A stretch of DNA of 32,000 nt from Candidatus Saccharimonadota bacterium. GTDB taxonomy: Bacteria; Patescibacteriota; Gracilibacteria; UBA1369; 2-02-FULL-48-14. Below the pieces are notes generated by a model. That model ran no database searches and was not told the DNA's origin. It was given only the letters and a program-made list of their open reading frames with translations. Both the position numbers and the translations under genes were made by a program. Positions 17,459 to 25,178 of the stretch are shown one piece after another. Each line of letters opens with the position of its first letter. The stretch's first letter is position 1. The DNA lies in assembly GCA_016699145.1 (NCBI GenBank), contig CP064962.1, positions 810,001 through 842,000 on the forward strand. The letters run 5' to 3'.

Positions 17459-18301
17459 ATGAAAAAACTCATTGCGCTCTTATCCATCTTGCTGATCGCT
17501 TCCCTCACTTTAAATGGAATTCAATACTTCGACAGAAGTACTACAGACGAGGAACTGCCCCTGGACGACTCACAAATTGAAGATTCCTCTGTGACAGACT
17601 CCGATGAAGACAAAGAACCCGAAACTTCTTTAGCTAACGCAATTAATCTGCTCCCCTCCCCCGAATTGGCAATTGGGGGCTACCCTTTTGGAGCTGATAA
17701 ATACTGGGTGTGGACCGCAGAAGCCAACGACGATGGGTCTTACTACTCAAGCAGTGGAGTAAGACAGGCTTCCTGGGTGGTGGATCTCGCTTCTGGCAAA
17801 GCCACAAAATTAGCAGATCGTGCTTTAGGCGCAGGGACCACCGTCCCCAATGTCCTATGGAGTGATGAGTATTTGGAGATCATCTGGAAGAGCGGATGGG
17901 AAACATTCTGGATTGAAATGACCGATTATGTTGATCTTGATACTGGTGTGTTGTCCTACTCTCTTTCAAACCATACAGGGCAAAAACTCACCATCGAGTC
18001 AGGAGAAACGACCTTGGAAATCACCTACGCACCCAGCAGCATCTGCGATGGAGCGACTTTTGAAAACCCCTCCACAACGGACATGGCTGAAGGTCTTTTG
18101 ATCAATGGAAAATCTTATCCATTCCCTTCACCGATGGAAGTGGAATGCCGCTTCAATGATATGGGTGGAGAGAAAATGATTGAAAACTTCCCTTATATCA
18201 ATCTAAGTGAAACGAGCGGAGTCATTCGTTTTGGGCTTGCAAAAGGAGCTGCTGAAATCCCTTTAAGCACCCTCAGTGTGCCTGTAGTGGACTACCGCTA
18301 G
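17459..18301 (+). CDS. Secreted or membrane-anchored hypothetical protein
   Basis: Has the signal-peptide-like N-terminus MKKLIALLSILLIASLTLNG followed by an acidic linker. The start was set at ATG 17459 rather than the track GTG 17423. No family was recognised. Confidence 0.65.
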   Translation: MKKLIALLSILLIASLTLNGIQYFDRSTTDEELPLDDSQIEDSSVTDSDEDKEPETSLANAINLLPSPELAIGGYPFGADKYWVWTAEANDDGSYYSSSGVRQASWVVDLASGKATKLADRALGAGTTVPNVLWSDEYLEIIWKSGWETFWIEMTDYVDLDTGVLSYSLSNHTGQKLTIESGETTLEITYAPSSICDGATFENPSTTDMAEGLLINGKSYPFPSPMEVECRFNDMGGEKMIENFPYINLSETSGVIRFGLAKGAAEIPLSTLSVPVVDYR

Positions 18302-18325
18302 GAGGCAGTAATCTTTAATTTTGAG

Positions 18326-18360
18326 TAGGCAAAAAAATTGACTCCCCTTATAGTGAAGCC
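18326..18360 (+). promoter_or_regulatory. Putative promoter, second copy of CTTATAGTGAAGCC
   Basis: TATAGT at 18349..18354 has a weak -35 (TAGGCA, 18326..18331) at 17-nt spacing, 22 nt upstream of ATG 18377. Confidence 0.45.
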
Positions 18361-18376
18361 GCCTTCACGATTTTTC

Positions 18377-19222
18377 ATGCACGATCGTTCCTACGGCATC
18401 AGCGGCTATCAACCCACTCGGCATACGCCGCACGTGCCCGAGGGCGGCGACCCAGGGCAAGAGCCCAGCACGACCCAGCGAGCCAAAGATCTCTTTGACC
18501 GCGCCAAAAAAACCGTGAACAAAACCCGCTCCAGCGCTCCTCGCAATCCCGGCCCCAAATGGCCGCTCCATAAAAAAATCCTCCTCGTCCTCACCGCCAT
18601 CTTCGTCACAGGACTCTTCATCATCTGGTTCTTCTTGGGCGAATTCCGCTTCCTATTCTGGCGCGCCCCCTCCCTCACCGGCTTCCCCTTCGGAAACCGC
18701 ACCTATATCGTGCTCTTCCAAAACAATTACGAACTCCGGCCCACCGGAGGCTTCATCTCCAACTATGCCGAACTCACCTTCAGCCATGGCCTCTACAAGG
18801 GCATCACCTTCCACGACGTCTACGCCGAAATCGACGAGCACAAAACCATGGAGCCACCCCTCGTCCTTTCCACACTGCTCGACAACGAAAACTATGCGGG
18901 ACATACTTTCCGGGACGCCAACTTCGATCCCGATTTCCGTCTGAGTAAAGATGAACTCATCCACTTTTATCAACTCACGAACCCCGAAGCACGCATCGAT
19001 GGAGTCGTTGCCGTGGACTTCCACTTCCTTGAAAACTGGGTCGGGATCTATGACGAAGTCAGCATAGACGGCACGACCTTCACCCAGCAAAACCTCTTTG
19101 AATCCCTCTCCTCCCTCGTCTCAGACATTGACCGCCATGATGAAGAAGCCCTCGCCACTCGCAAAGACATCGCCGCGCCTCTCATCAAAAAGCTCATCCT
19201 AAAAACCTTCATCTTTCCCTGA
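18377..19222 (+). CDS. DUF4012-family membrane protein, N-terminal segment ending at an in-frame TGA
   Basis: The TM helix ILLVLTAIFVTGLFIIWFFL is followed by TYIVLFQNNYELRPTGGFISNYAEL, the hallmark DUF4012 motif. The segment stops at TGA 19220..19222, in the same frame as the next segment. Confidence 0.8.
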   Translation: MHDRSYGISGYQPTRHTPHVPEGGDPGQEPSTTQRAKDLFDRAKKTVNKTRSSAPRNPGPKWPLHKKILLVLTAIFVTGLFIIWFFLGEFRFLFWRAPSLTGFPFGNRTYIVLFQNNYELRPTGGFISNYAELTFSHGLYKGITFHDVYAEIDEHKTMEPPLVLSTLLDNENYAGHTFRDANFDPDFRLSKDELIHFYQLTNPEARIDGVVAVDFHFLENWVGIYDEVSIDGTTFTQQNLFESLSSLVSDIDRHDEEALATRKDIAAPLIKKLILKTFIFP

Positions 19223-19273
19223 CGCCTCCTCGAATTCCGCGACCTGCTCGCCGAAGGCTTTCGTGAAAAACAC

Positions 19274-20272
19274 GTGCTCGCTGCCTTCAACCGCGATGGC
19301 CTCGTCAGCTCCTTCCGTGCTCGCAATTGGGACGGCGCCCTGCCCCAATCCGACATGGGCGACTTCCTGGTCGTGAACGAAGGCAACTACGGCGGTATGA
19401 AATCCGATCGCTACCTCACTCGCGACGTGAGGTACACCCTCGAAATCACAGACCAAAAGGATGTACTCGGCAACCCCATCGTGGAGGCCACAGTGGAAAT
19501 CACCCTCACCCATAATGGTGGGAACAACCCTCCGCTCAGCGGCACTTACACCGGTTACCTCCGCACCTTGGTTCCGCTCGGCGCCAAAATCCTCACCGGC
19601 TCCACCATCAGTGAAGAACGCAACGACAGCGCTGTGCTCGGCGAACTGGTCACTCTTGCCCCCGGACAGTCCCAAACATTCACTTATGTCTACGAATTGC
19701 CCGAATATGTTTGGAACGATGATGTCTACTTCCTCCATCTGCACAAACAGCCCGGCACGGACCAGGACCACTACCGCGTGATCGTCAAAGCTCCCGTAGG
19801 CATGGGCCTCAATGCACCGCACTTTGAAGTCCACGAAAACGTCGCCTTCCTCGATCTCAAGCTGCTCACCGACACGAACCTCAGTTTCAGCTTGCTGCCC
19901 GACCAAGAGCCACCCCGCATCGTCTCCCACGAAATCACAGCACTCAATCAGATCACCCTCGTCTTCAACGAAACCCTAGACACTTTCTACGCCGACGACC
20001 CCGAAAACTACAAAGTGACCGACCTCAACCAAAGCTCCGAAACCACCGACACGCTCACCGTGTTGAGCGCCACTCTTCAAGAAAACGTCGTTATTCTGAC
20101 CACCACCGGCATGACCACCCAAGAGGAGGAATTTTATGAAGTCGTTTTTGAAAGCCTCAGTGATACGCGCGGTAACGTGCAAAACCCCAGCCCCCGCAGC
20201 GTGACCGTCGTGCAACGCAATTTGCCAGAAGAAGCTTTGGAAGAAATCCCAACCGAGCTTCCTCAAGAGTGA
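19274..20272 (+). CDS. DUF4012-family protein, C-terminal segment with an Ig-like tail
   Basis: The frame is open directly from 19223 (RLLEFRDLLAEGFREKHVLAAFNRDG...). FLVVNEGNYGGMKSDRYLTRDVRY continues the DUF4012 pattern, and the C-terminal ~100 aa look like a beta-sandwich (Ig-like) domain. Confidence 0.8.
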   Translation: MLAAFNRDGLVSSFRARNWDGALPQSDMGDFLVVNEGNYGGMKSDRYLTRDVRYTLEITDQKDVLGNPIVEATVEITLTHNGGNNPPLSGTYTGYLRTLVPLGAKILTGSTISEERNDSAVLGELVTLAPGQSQTFTYVYELPEYVWNDDVYFLHLHKQPGTDQDHYRVIVKAPVGMGLNAPHFEVHENVAFLDLKLLTDTNLSFSLLPDQEPPRIVSHEITALNQITLVFNETLDTFYADDPENYKVTDLNQSSETTDTLTVLSATLQENVVILTTTGMTTQEEEFYEVVFESLSDTRGNVQNPSPRSVTVVQRNLPEEALEEIPTELPQE

Positions 20273-20289
20273 TTTTTCGTTATTCCTCC

Positions 20290-20310
20290 AATTGTTACAT
20301 TGTAACAATT
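20290..20310. repeat. Perfect 10-1-10 palindrome AATTGTTACA-T-TGTAACAATT
   Basis: Read directly from the sequence, 18 nt after the DUF4012 stop and 95 nt before the guaA ATG. It is followed by a T-rich tract (AGCGATTTTTGCTTTTT), so it may be a terminator hairpin or an operator. Confidence 0.6.
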
Positions 20311-20404
20311 AGCGATTTTTGCTTTTTAGCATCCCCTAGACCCTCGAAACACTTGCCAAAAAACGCCTCCTCCGACATTCTAGAAACATCAGGTCTCACC
20401 TAAA

Positions 20405-22240
20405 ATGAACAAAATCGCTATCCTCGACTTCGGCAGCCAGTACACACACCTGCTCGCCACGCGTGTTCGACGCCTCGGCGTTTACAGCGAAATTCTCCAC
20501 CCTGCAGACGTCACCGCGGAGGGTCTCAAAGATTACGTCGGCATCATCCTTTCCGGGGGCCCCGCTTCTGTTTATGAAGCCGGCTCCCCAACCGTAGACC
20601 CCGCCATTTTCACCCTCGGCAAACCCATACTCGGTGTCTGTTATGGCCATCAACTCATCACAAGCCTCCTAGGAGGAACTGTGGAGCCCGGCAAAGGGGT
20701 CGGAGCCGAATTCGGGAAAGCCGCCATCACCATCCAAAAAAATGAAGGTCTTTTCGCCGGTTTTGCACCTCAAGAAGAAACCCAAGTCTGGATGAGCCAC
20801 GGCGATCGAGTGACTCAACTTCCCGATGGTTTCGAAGTTTTCGCCACCAGCAAAGACGACGGCTACTCTGCCGTCGGCGACTCCAAACGGAACATTTATG
20901 GCGTGCAATTCCATGGCGAAGTCGTGCACACGGTCAAAGGCAACGAGATGCTCCTCAACTTCATCAAACTCACCGGGGTTGCCCGTGACTGGGACCTCGG
21001 CAGCTTCGTGGAACAATCCCTGCAGCAAATCCGCACGCAAGTCGGCGACCGAAGTGTCTTCATGCTCATCAGTGGCGGAGTGGACAGCACGGTCGCCTAC
21101 GTGCTGCTGGCCAAAGCCCTGGGCACAGACCGTGTCTATGGCCTCTTTGTAGACACCGGTTTCATGCGCGCCGGCGAGCGCGACCAAGTAGAAAGCGCCC
21201 TGCGCCGTGAAGGCATCAACAAACTCCACGTCGTGGACGCGAGTGAAGAATTCTACGCCGCGCTCGCCGGCGCAACCGAACCTGAAAAAAAACGTGAAAT
21301 CATCGGCCGCGTCTTCCTCGAAGTGCAGGCCCGCATCGCTCAAGAGCTTGCTCTGGACCCCGCTCACTGGATGCTGGGCCAAGGGACCATCTATCCAGAC
21401 ACCATCGAATCGGGTGGCACCAAAAATTCCGCCAAAATCAAAACCCACCACAACCGTGTGCCCGAAATCGAAGCCCTCATCAAAGAAGGACGCGTCATCG
21501 AACCCCTCAAAGACCTCTATAAAGATGAAGTTCGTGAAGTCGGAGAAAAACTGGGTCTCCCCACCGCCCTCGTCTGGCGCCATCCCTTCCCAGGACCCGG
21601 CCTTGCCGTGCGCCTGCTCTGCGCCGAAGCTCCCGACTGGGCCCCCAATCACGAAACCCTCGAAGCTCAAATCAACCTCTTCCTCGCTCAGCAAAAGGCG
21701 GAAGGCAAACTCACCAACCTTCTCACTGCAAAGACCCTGCCCATCAAATCTGTGGGCGTTCAAGGGGATTTCCGAACCTATCGCCATCCCGTCGTCCTCA
21801 CTGGCGAGGCCACTTGGCAAGAACTTGCCCAACTTGCTCCTGCCCTCACCAACCGCTTCCACGAACTGAACCGCGTGCTCTACAATTTCGGCCCAGCACC
21901 TGAGTCCATCACCCTCACCCCCGGCACGCTCACCAAAGACCGCACCCTTCGCCTTCAAGAAGCGGACAAACTCGCCATGCTCTGGCTCAAAGACATTGGT
22001 CAGGATCGTGCTGTTTGGCAAATGCCCACGGTGCTTCTTCCTGTTTCTGTGAATGCCGAAAACAAAGAATCCCTCGTCCTCCGTCCCATCGTCTCCGAAG
22101 AAGCCATGACCGCCCATTTTTCCGAACTCCCCATGGACAAGATCCGTGAACTCACCACCGAGCTCCTCAAAGACGATCAAATCTCCGCTGTGTTCTACGA
22201 CATTACCAATAAACCCCCCGCCACCATTGAGTGGGAGTGA
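20405..22240 (+). CDS. guaA: GMP synthase (glutamine-hydrolysing), long form with an expanded C-terminal domain
   Basis: 611 aa. Has a GATase domain (GVCYGHQL...QFHGEV), an ATP-PPase P-loop (SGGVDSTV) and the C-terminal KPPATIEWE. There are ~215 aa after RHPFPGPG, against ~125 in typical bacterial GuaA. Confidence 0.96.
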   Translation: MNKIAILDFGSQYTHLLATRVRRLGVYSEILHPADVTAEGLKDYVGIILSGGPASVYEAGSPTVDPAIFTLGKPILGVCYGHQLITSLLGGTVEPGKGVGAEFGKAAITIQKNEGLFAGFAPQEETQVWMSHGDRVTQLPDGFEVFATSKDDGYSAVGDSKRNIYGVQFHGEVVHTVKGNEMLLNFIKLTGVARDWDLGSFVEQSLQQIRTQVGDRSVFMLISGGVDSTVAYVLLAKALGTDRVYGLFVDTGFMRAGERDQVESALRREGINKLHVVDASEEFYAALAGATEPEKKREIIGRVFLEVQARIAQELALDPAHWMLGQGTIYPDTIESGGTKNSAKIKTHHNRVPEIEALIKEGRVIEPLKDLYKDEVREVGEKLGLPTALVWRHPFPGPGLAVRLLCAEAPDWAPNHETLEAQINLFLAQQKAEGKLTNLLTAKTLPIKSVGVQGDFRTYRHPVVLTGEATWQELAQLAPALTNRFHELNRVLYNFGPAPESITLTPGTLTKDRTLRLQEADKLAMLWLKDIGQDRAVWQMPTVLLPVSVNAENKESLVLRPIVSEEAMTAHFSELPMDKIRELTTELLKDDQISAVFYDITNKPPATIEWE

Positions 22241-22250
22241 TAAGGCTAAC

Positions 22251-23180
22251 TCAGTGATTGGCCCAAAACTCACAAGCCACAAAGGCAAAATAAAGTCCTA
22301 GGAGCAAAAACCCTTCCCATCGACTGAGCTCTCGATCCGTTTTCATGAGCACAAAAAGCAGCAAAGCGGCAAAAAACATAAATCCTCCCGTCACCCAAAT
22401 CAAGCTGGGGGCAAAGTCAAAAGGACTCACCAAAATCGTAAGCCCCAAAACCATCGTGGCATCGCTGATCACCGTGCCTAAAATGTCTCCAATGGCCAGG
22501 CCGTTGTAGTGTTTGCGCACCGCTTGAACCGAAAAGAAAAGTTCCGGCAAAGTGGTTCCCAGCCCCACAAACAAAAGTCCCACCAAAATAGGATGCACGC
22601 CCCATTGTTCTGCCGTCAAAGTTCCAAATTTCACGGTCAAGGAAGCGCTGAGCAAAAGCACACCCATGCTCACCAAAAGCAGCAGCAAAGTGCCCCAATG
22701 AAAGGAGCTGGCAATGCGCGCCTGGTCTTTGGGTAAATCGTGATGCAGTGCCCACACATAATAAGCGACCCCGGCTCCCAACAAAGCAAAGCCGTCCAGG
22801 CGTGAGTATTCAAAATCAAAACCCAAGACAATGGGCAAGGCAAAAAGGGGTAGACAATAAATGTTTTTTCTAAAAACCACATCGCTGACTTTAAGGCCTT
22901 TTTTCGACGCCAAAATCACGAAAAAAAAGACCACCGTAAGGTCCGCCACATTGGAGCCGAGCAAAGTCCCCATCCCAAATTCCGGCGTGCCTTTGGCCGC
23001 AGAAATAAGGGAAATCAAAGTCTCTGGCAAAATCGATATGAAGGCGATCACAAAGAACCCCATCACAAAGCGCGAAAAATTGAAGCTCTTAGCGATCGTA
23101 TTCGAGTAGCAGATCGCACGCTCTGCGCTCTTGACCAGAAGTCCCAGTGAAAGGATGAAAAGCAAAAAATACATCCCCAT
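22251..23180 (-). CDS. CaCA-family cation/Ca2+ exchanger (YrbG-like membrane protein)
   Basis: 309 aa and polytopic. It has two alpha-repeat-like motifs (LPETLISLISAAKG...GTLLGSNVADL and LPELFFSVQAV...GDILGTVISDAT). Confidence 0.8.
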   Translation of the reverse strand: MGMYFLLFILSLGLLVKSAERAICYSNTIAKSFNFSRFVMGFFVIAFISILPETLISLISAAKGTPEFGMGTLLGSNVADLTVVFFFVILASKKGLKVSDVVFRKNIYCLPLFALPIVLGFDFEYSRLDGFALLGAGVAYYVWALHHDLPKDQARIASSFHWGTLLLLLVSMGVLLLSASLTVKFGTLTAEQWGVHPILVGLLFVGLGTTLPELFFSVQAVRKHYNGLAIGDILGTVISDATMVLGLTILVSPFDFAPSLIWVTGGFMFFAALLLFVLMKTDRELSRWEGFLLLGLYFAFVACEFWANH

Positions 23181-23344
23181 ATTATACCTGATTTCCAGGA
23201 AAATTTAAACCCCTAAAGTTGATGGCCGTTTCATTTAAAACAAAGTGAGGATTTTGGACGAACAACAATAGTTAGGAAAAGAGAGCGCACGAGAGGCGAA
23301 GTGCCCTGTGGGTAAAAACCGTTAGGTTTTGCTTTCGTGAATTT

Positions 23345-23379
23345 AAAAAAAGGAGAGACCACTCCTTCTCCCCTTTTTC
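23345..23379 (-). terminator. Possible bidirectional terminator downstream of the HTH membrane protein gene
   Basis: AAAAAAAGGAGAGACCACTCCTTCTCCCCTTTTT has a short GGAGA/TCTCC stem flanked by an A-run and a T-run. The stem is weak. Confidence 0.4.
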
Positions 23380-23404
23380 ATACCCGTTGAACCGTGGTTA
23401 TGTC

Positions 23405-24103
23405 TCAGCCTTGGATCATGAGCCAGAGCAAAGGCATCAAAGCCAAAAGTCCAAACAGCAAACCCATGTATATGTTTTTGTTTAAACGTTCAGAGCGCAA
23501 TTCATGTTCAATAACAGACAAAGTTTCTTCCTGGCGTTTCACTTTTCCTTGAATGATTTCATCCTGCTGTTTCAAAACTTCTTCCTTGGCATGGTAATCC
23601 AAAAGAGGCACGGAATGCTTGAGTTGCATTTCCATTTGTCCCAGGCGATAATTGGCCGCCTCCAATTTGTTGTGATATTCACGCACTTCACGGCGAGAAA
23701 GATCGTACAATTCCTCGAAAACTTTTTCCCGCTCCCCTTTGGCAACTCCACTTTTTGCAGGAGCCGCAACGGCCACTGGATTTTCTTCAACGGTTCCAGT
23801 TTCCGCATCAAAAATCGTAGCATTTTGACGAGCTGCCACGCTGTCGATGTGACGATGTGCACGCCCCTCCACCTCGGGTGAAGCCCCGTGCATATTCTGA
23901 AATTGACTGACCTTGAGATTGTTCACTTCCTCCTCCGAAAGCAAAATGCTGCCCCCTTTCTTGCGTGAAGAAAGTCTTTTGGATCGAATGTAACGATCGA
24001 GCGTACGAGTGGACACCGCCAAAAGGTCCGCAGCATCCTGACGTGAAAGAGTAAACTTAGGAGAAATGAGAGTCATAGGCGTGGTGGAAATTTGTCTAGC
24101 CAC
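23405..24103 (-). CDS. Tail-anchored DNA-binding protein: N-terminal excisionase/MerR-type HTH, coiled coil and C-terminal TM helix
   Basis: LSRQDAADLLAVSTRTLDRYIRSKRL is HTH-like. The central EVREYHNKLEAANYRLGQMEMQLK looks like a coiled coil. The C-terminal IYMGLLFGLLALMPLLWLMI is hydrophobic. The start is GTG 24103 or ATG 24076. Confidence 0.6.
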   Translation of the reverse strand: MARQISTTPMTLISPKFTLSRQDAADLLAVSTRTLDRYIRSKRLSSRKKGGSILLSEEEVNNLKVSQFQNMHGASPEVEGRAHRHIDSVAARQNATIFDAETGTVEENPVAVAAPAKSGVAKGEREKVFEELYDLSRREVREYHNKLEAANYRLGQMEMQLKHSVPLLDYHAKEEVLKQQDEIIQGKVKRQEETLSVIEHELRSERLNKNIYMGLLFGLLALMPLLWLMIQG

Positions 24104-24168
24104 AATCTATCATCGGCTGTCTACTTTGACTACATTAAACGTGATTAAACACTTGCGAGGATAAAAAA

Positions 24169-24197
24169 TTGATGACGTAACTCCGCTCCTTTATACT
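24169..24197 (+). promoter_or_regulatory. Sigma70-like promoter directly abutting the GTG start at 24204
   Basis: TTGATG (24169..24174), a 17-nt spacer, then TATACT (24192..24197). Only 6 nt separate the -10 from GTG 24204. Confidence 0.5.
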
Positions 24198-24203
24198 GAC
24201 TTC

Positions 24204-25178
24204 GTGTTTAAGACTACGCAAAAAACCCTACGCCTGCTCATCTTATTGTTTGTGCTGTTTTTCAGCATTTTTTCTTTCATGGTGATTTGGTTTTGGTTTG
24301 GAATTCATGTGGAAAAAGATCATGAACCGGCCCTTGCTTTTTGGCTTCCGCACGAATTCAGCACAGGCCAGCAAAACTCTCAAACCTTGCTCGAAAAGTT
24401 CCAGGGCCTCCCGGTCACAGACCTATATTTTCATGTGGGCCCCATTGAGCCCGATGGGACGCTGGCCAAAGACCTCTCTTTGAGCGCCGAAGACCTCGCC
24501 GCATTGCCCTCCACAAACTACGCCTGGATCGGACAAATCCGCAGCAAAGTGCCTTTGGAAAATGCCGCCGTTCGTCAAAAAATCATAGACAGTTGCCAGT
24601 GGCTGCTCATGCAAGGCTTCGATGGAATTCACTTGGACATTGAGCCTGTTCGTGAAGACGACTCAGATTTCCTTCTCCTCCTCCAAGAAATGCGCAGCGC
24701 CCTTCCCACAGCTTCCATTTCCATTGCCATGGACGAATGGCAACCCCACGGTTTCACTCAACTCCTCGCCAAACATTTTGAAGTGCCCATGGAAAGTTAT
24801 TGGTCCACCGAGCAGGTCGAAAGCGTACTGCCTTACGTGGATCAACTGGTGGTCATGACCTACGACACCGGCTTTCGTGATCCCGATCTTTACAGTTGGT
24901 GGGTGGAGCAGCAAACGCTGGCTCTTTCAAAACGAGTCGGTTCAGATACGGAACTGTTCATTGGCATTCCATGTTACAATCGAGGCACGCGCTTCGATCC
25001 CCTTGCAGAGAACGTGCAATCTTCCTTAAAAGGTTACTTGCGTGGAGTGCAAAACCTCCGCACTCAAACCGAGCACGTCACGGGTCTGGCCGTCTATCCT
25101 TATTGGGAAATGGACGAGACAGAGTGGACAAGCCTTCATCAATTTTTTTCTCCTCATGAAACTGATCTACCTGAATAA
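24204..25178 (+). CDS. Membrane-anchored TIM-barrel glycoside-hydrolase-like protein (GH18-like motif)
   Basis: Has the N-terminal TM helix LRLLILLFVLFFSIFSFMVIWFWF. FDGIHLDIE (24618..24644) resembles the GH18 DGxDxDxE catalytic motif, with His replacing the middle Asp. Confidence 0.45.
   Translation: MFKTTQKTLRLLILLFVLFFSIFSFMVIWFWFGIHVEKDHEPALAFWLPHEFSTGQQNSQTLLEKFQGLPVTDLYFHVGPIEPDGTLAKDLSLSAEDLAALPSTNYAWIGQIRSKVPLENAAVRQKIIDSCQWLLMQGFDGIHLDIEPVREDDSDFLLLLQEMRSALPTASISIAMDEWQPHGFTQLLAKHFEVPMESYWSTEQVESVLPYVDQLVVMTYDTGFRDPDLYSWWVEQQTLALSKRVGSDTELFIGIPCYNRGTRFDPLAENVQSSLKGYLRGVQNLRTQTEHVTGLAVYPYWEMDETEWTSLHQFFSPHETDLPE

Noticed and set aside
19220-19222. Alternative genetic code (TGA as Trp or Gly) as the explanation for the in-frame TGA.
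   Set aside because: TGA ends rel, carB, mazF, mazE, the vapB-like gene, the AbiEi-like gene and guaA at the expected protein ends. Long genes such as carB and lysS contain no internal TGA.
20669-22288. A 539-aa ORF fully antisense to guaA, the longest unannotated ORF in the window.
   Set aside because: It is codon-aligned with guaA on the opposite strand, so its stops could only arise from TTA, CTA or TCA sense codons, which guaA avoids. Its sequence is low-complexity (G/E/F/V-rich) with no recognisable motif. The guaA frame, in contrast, is conserved end to end.
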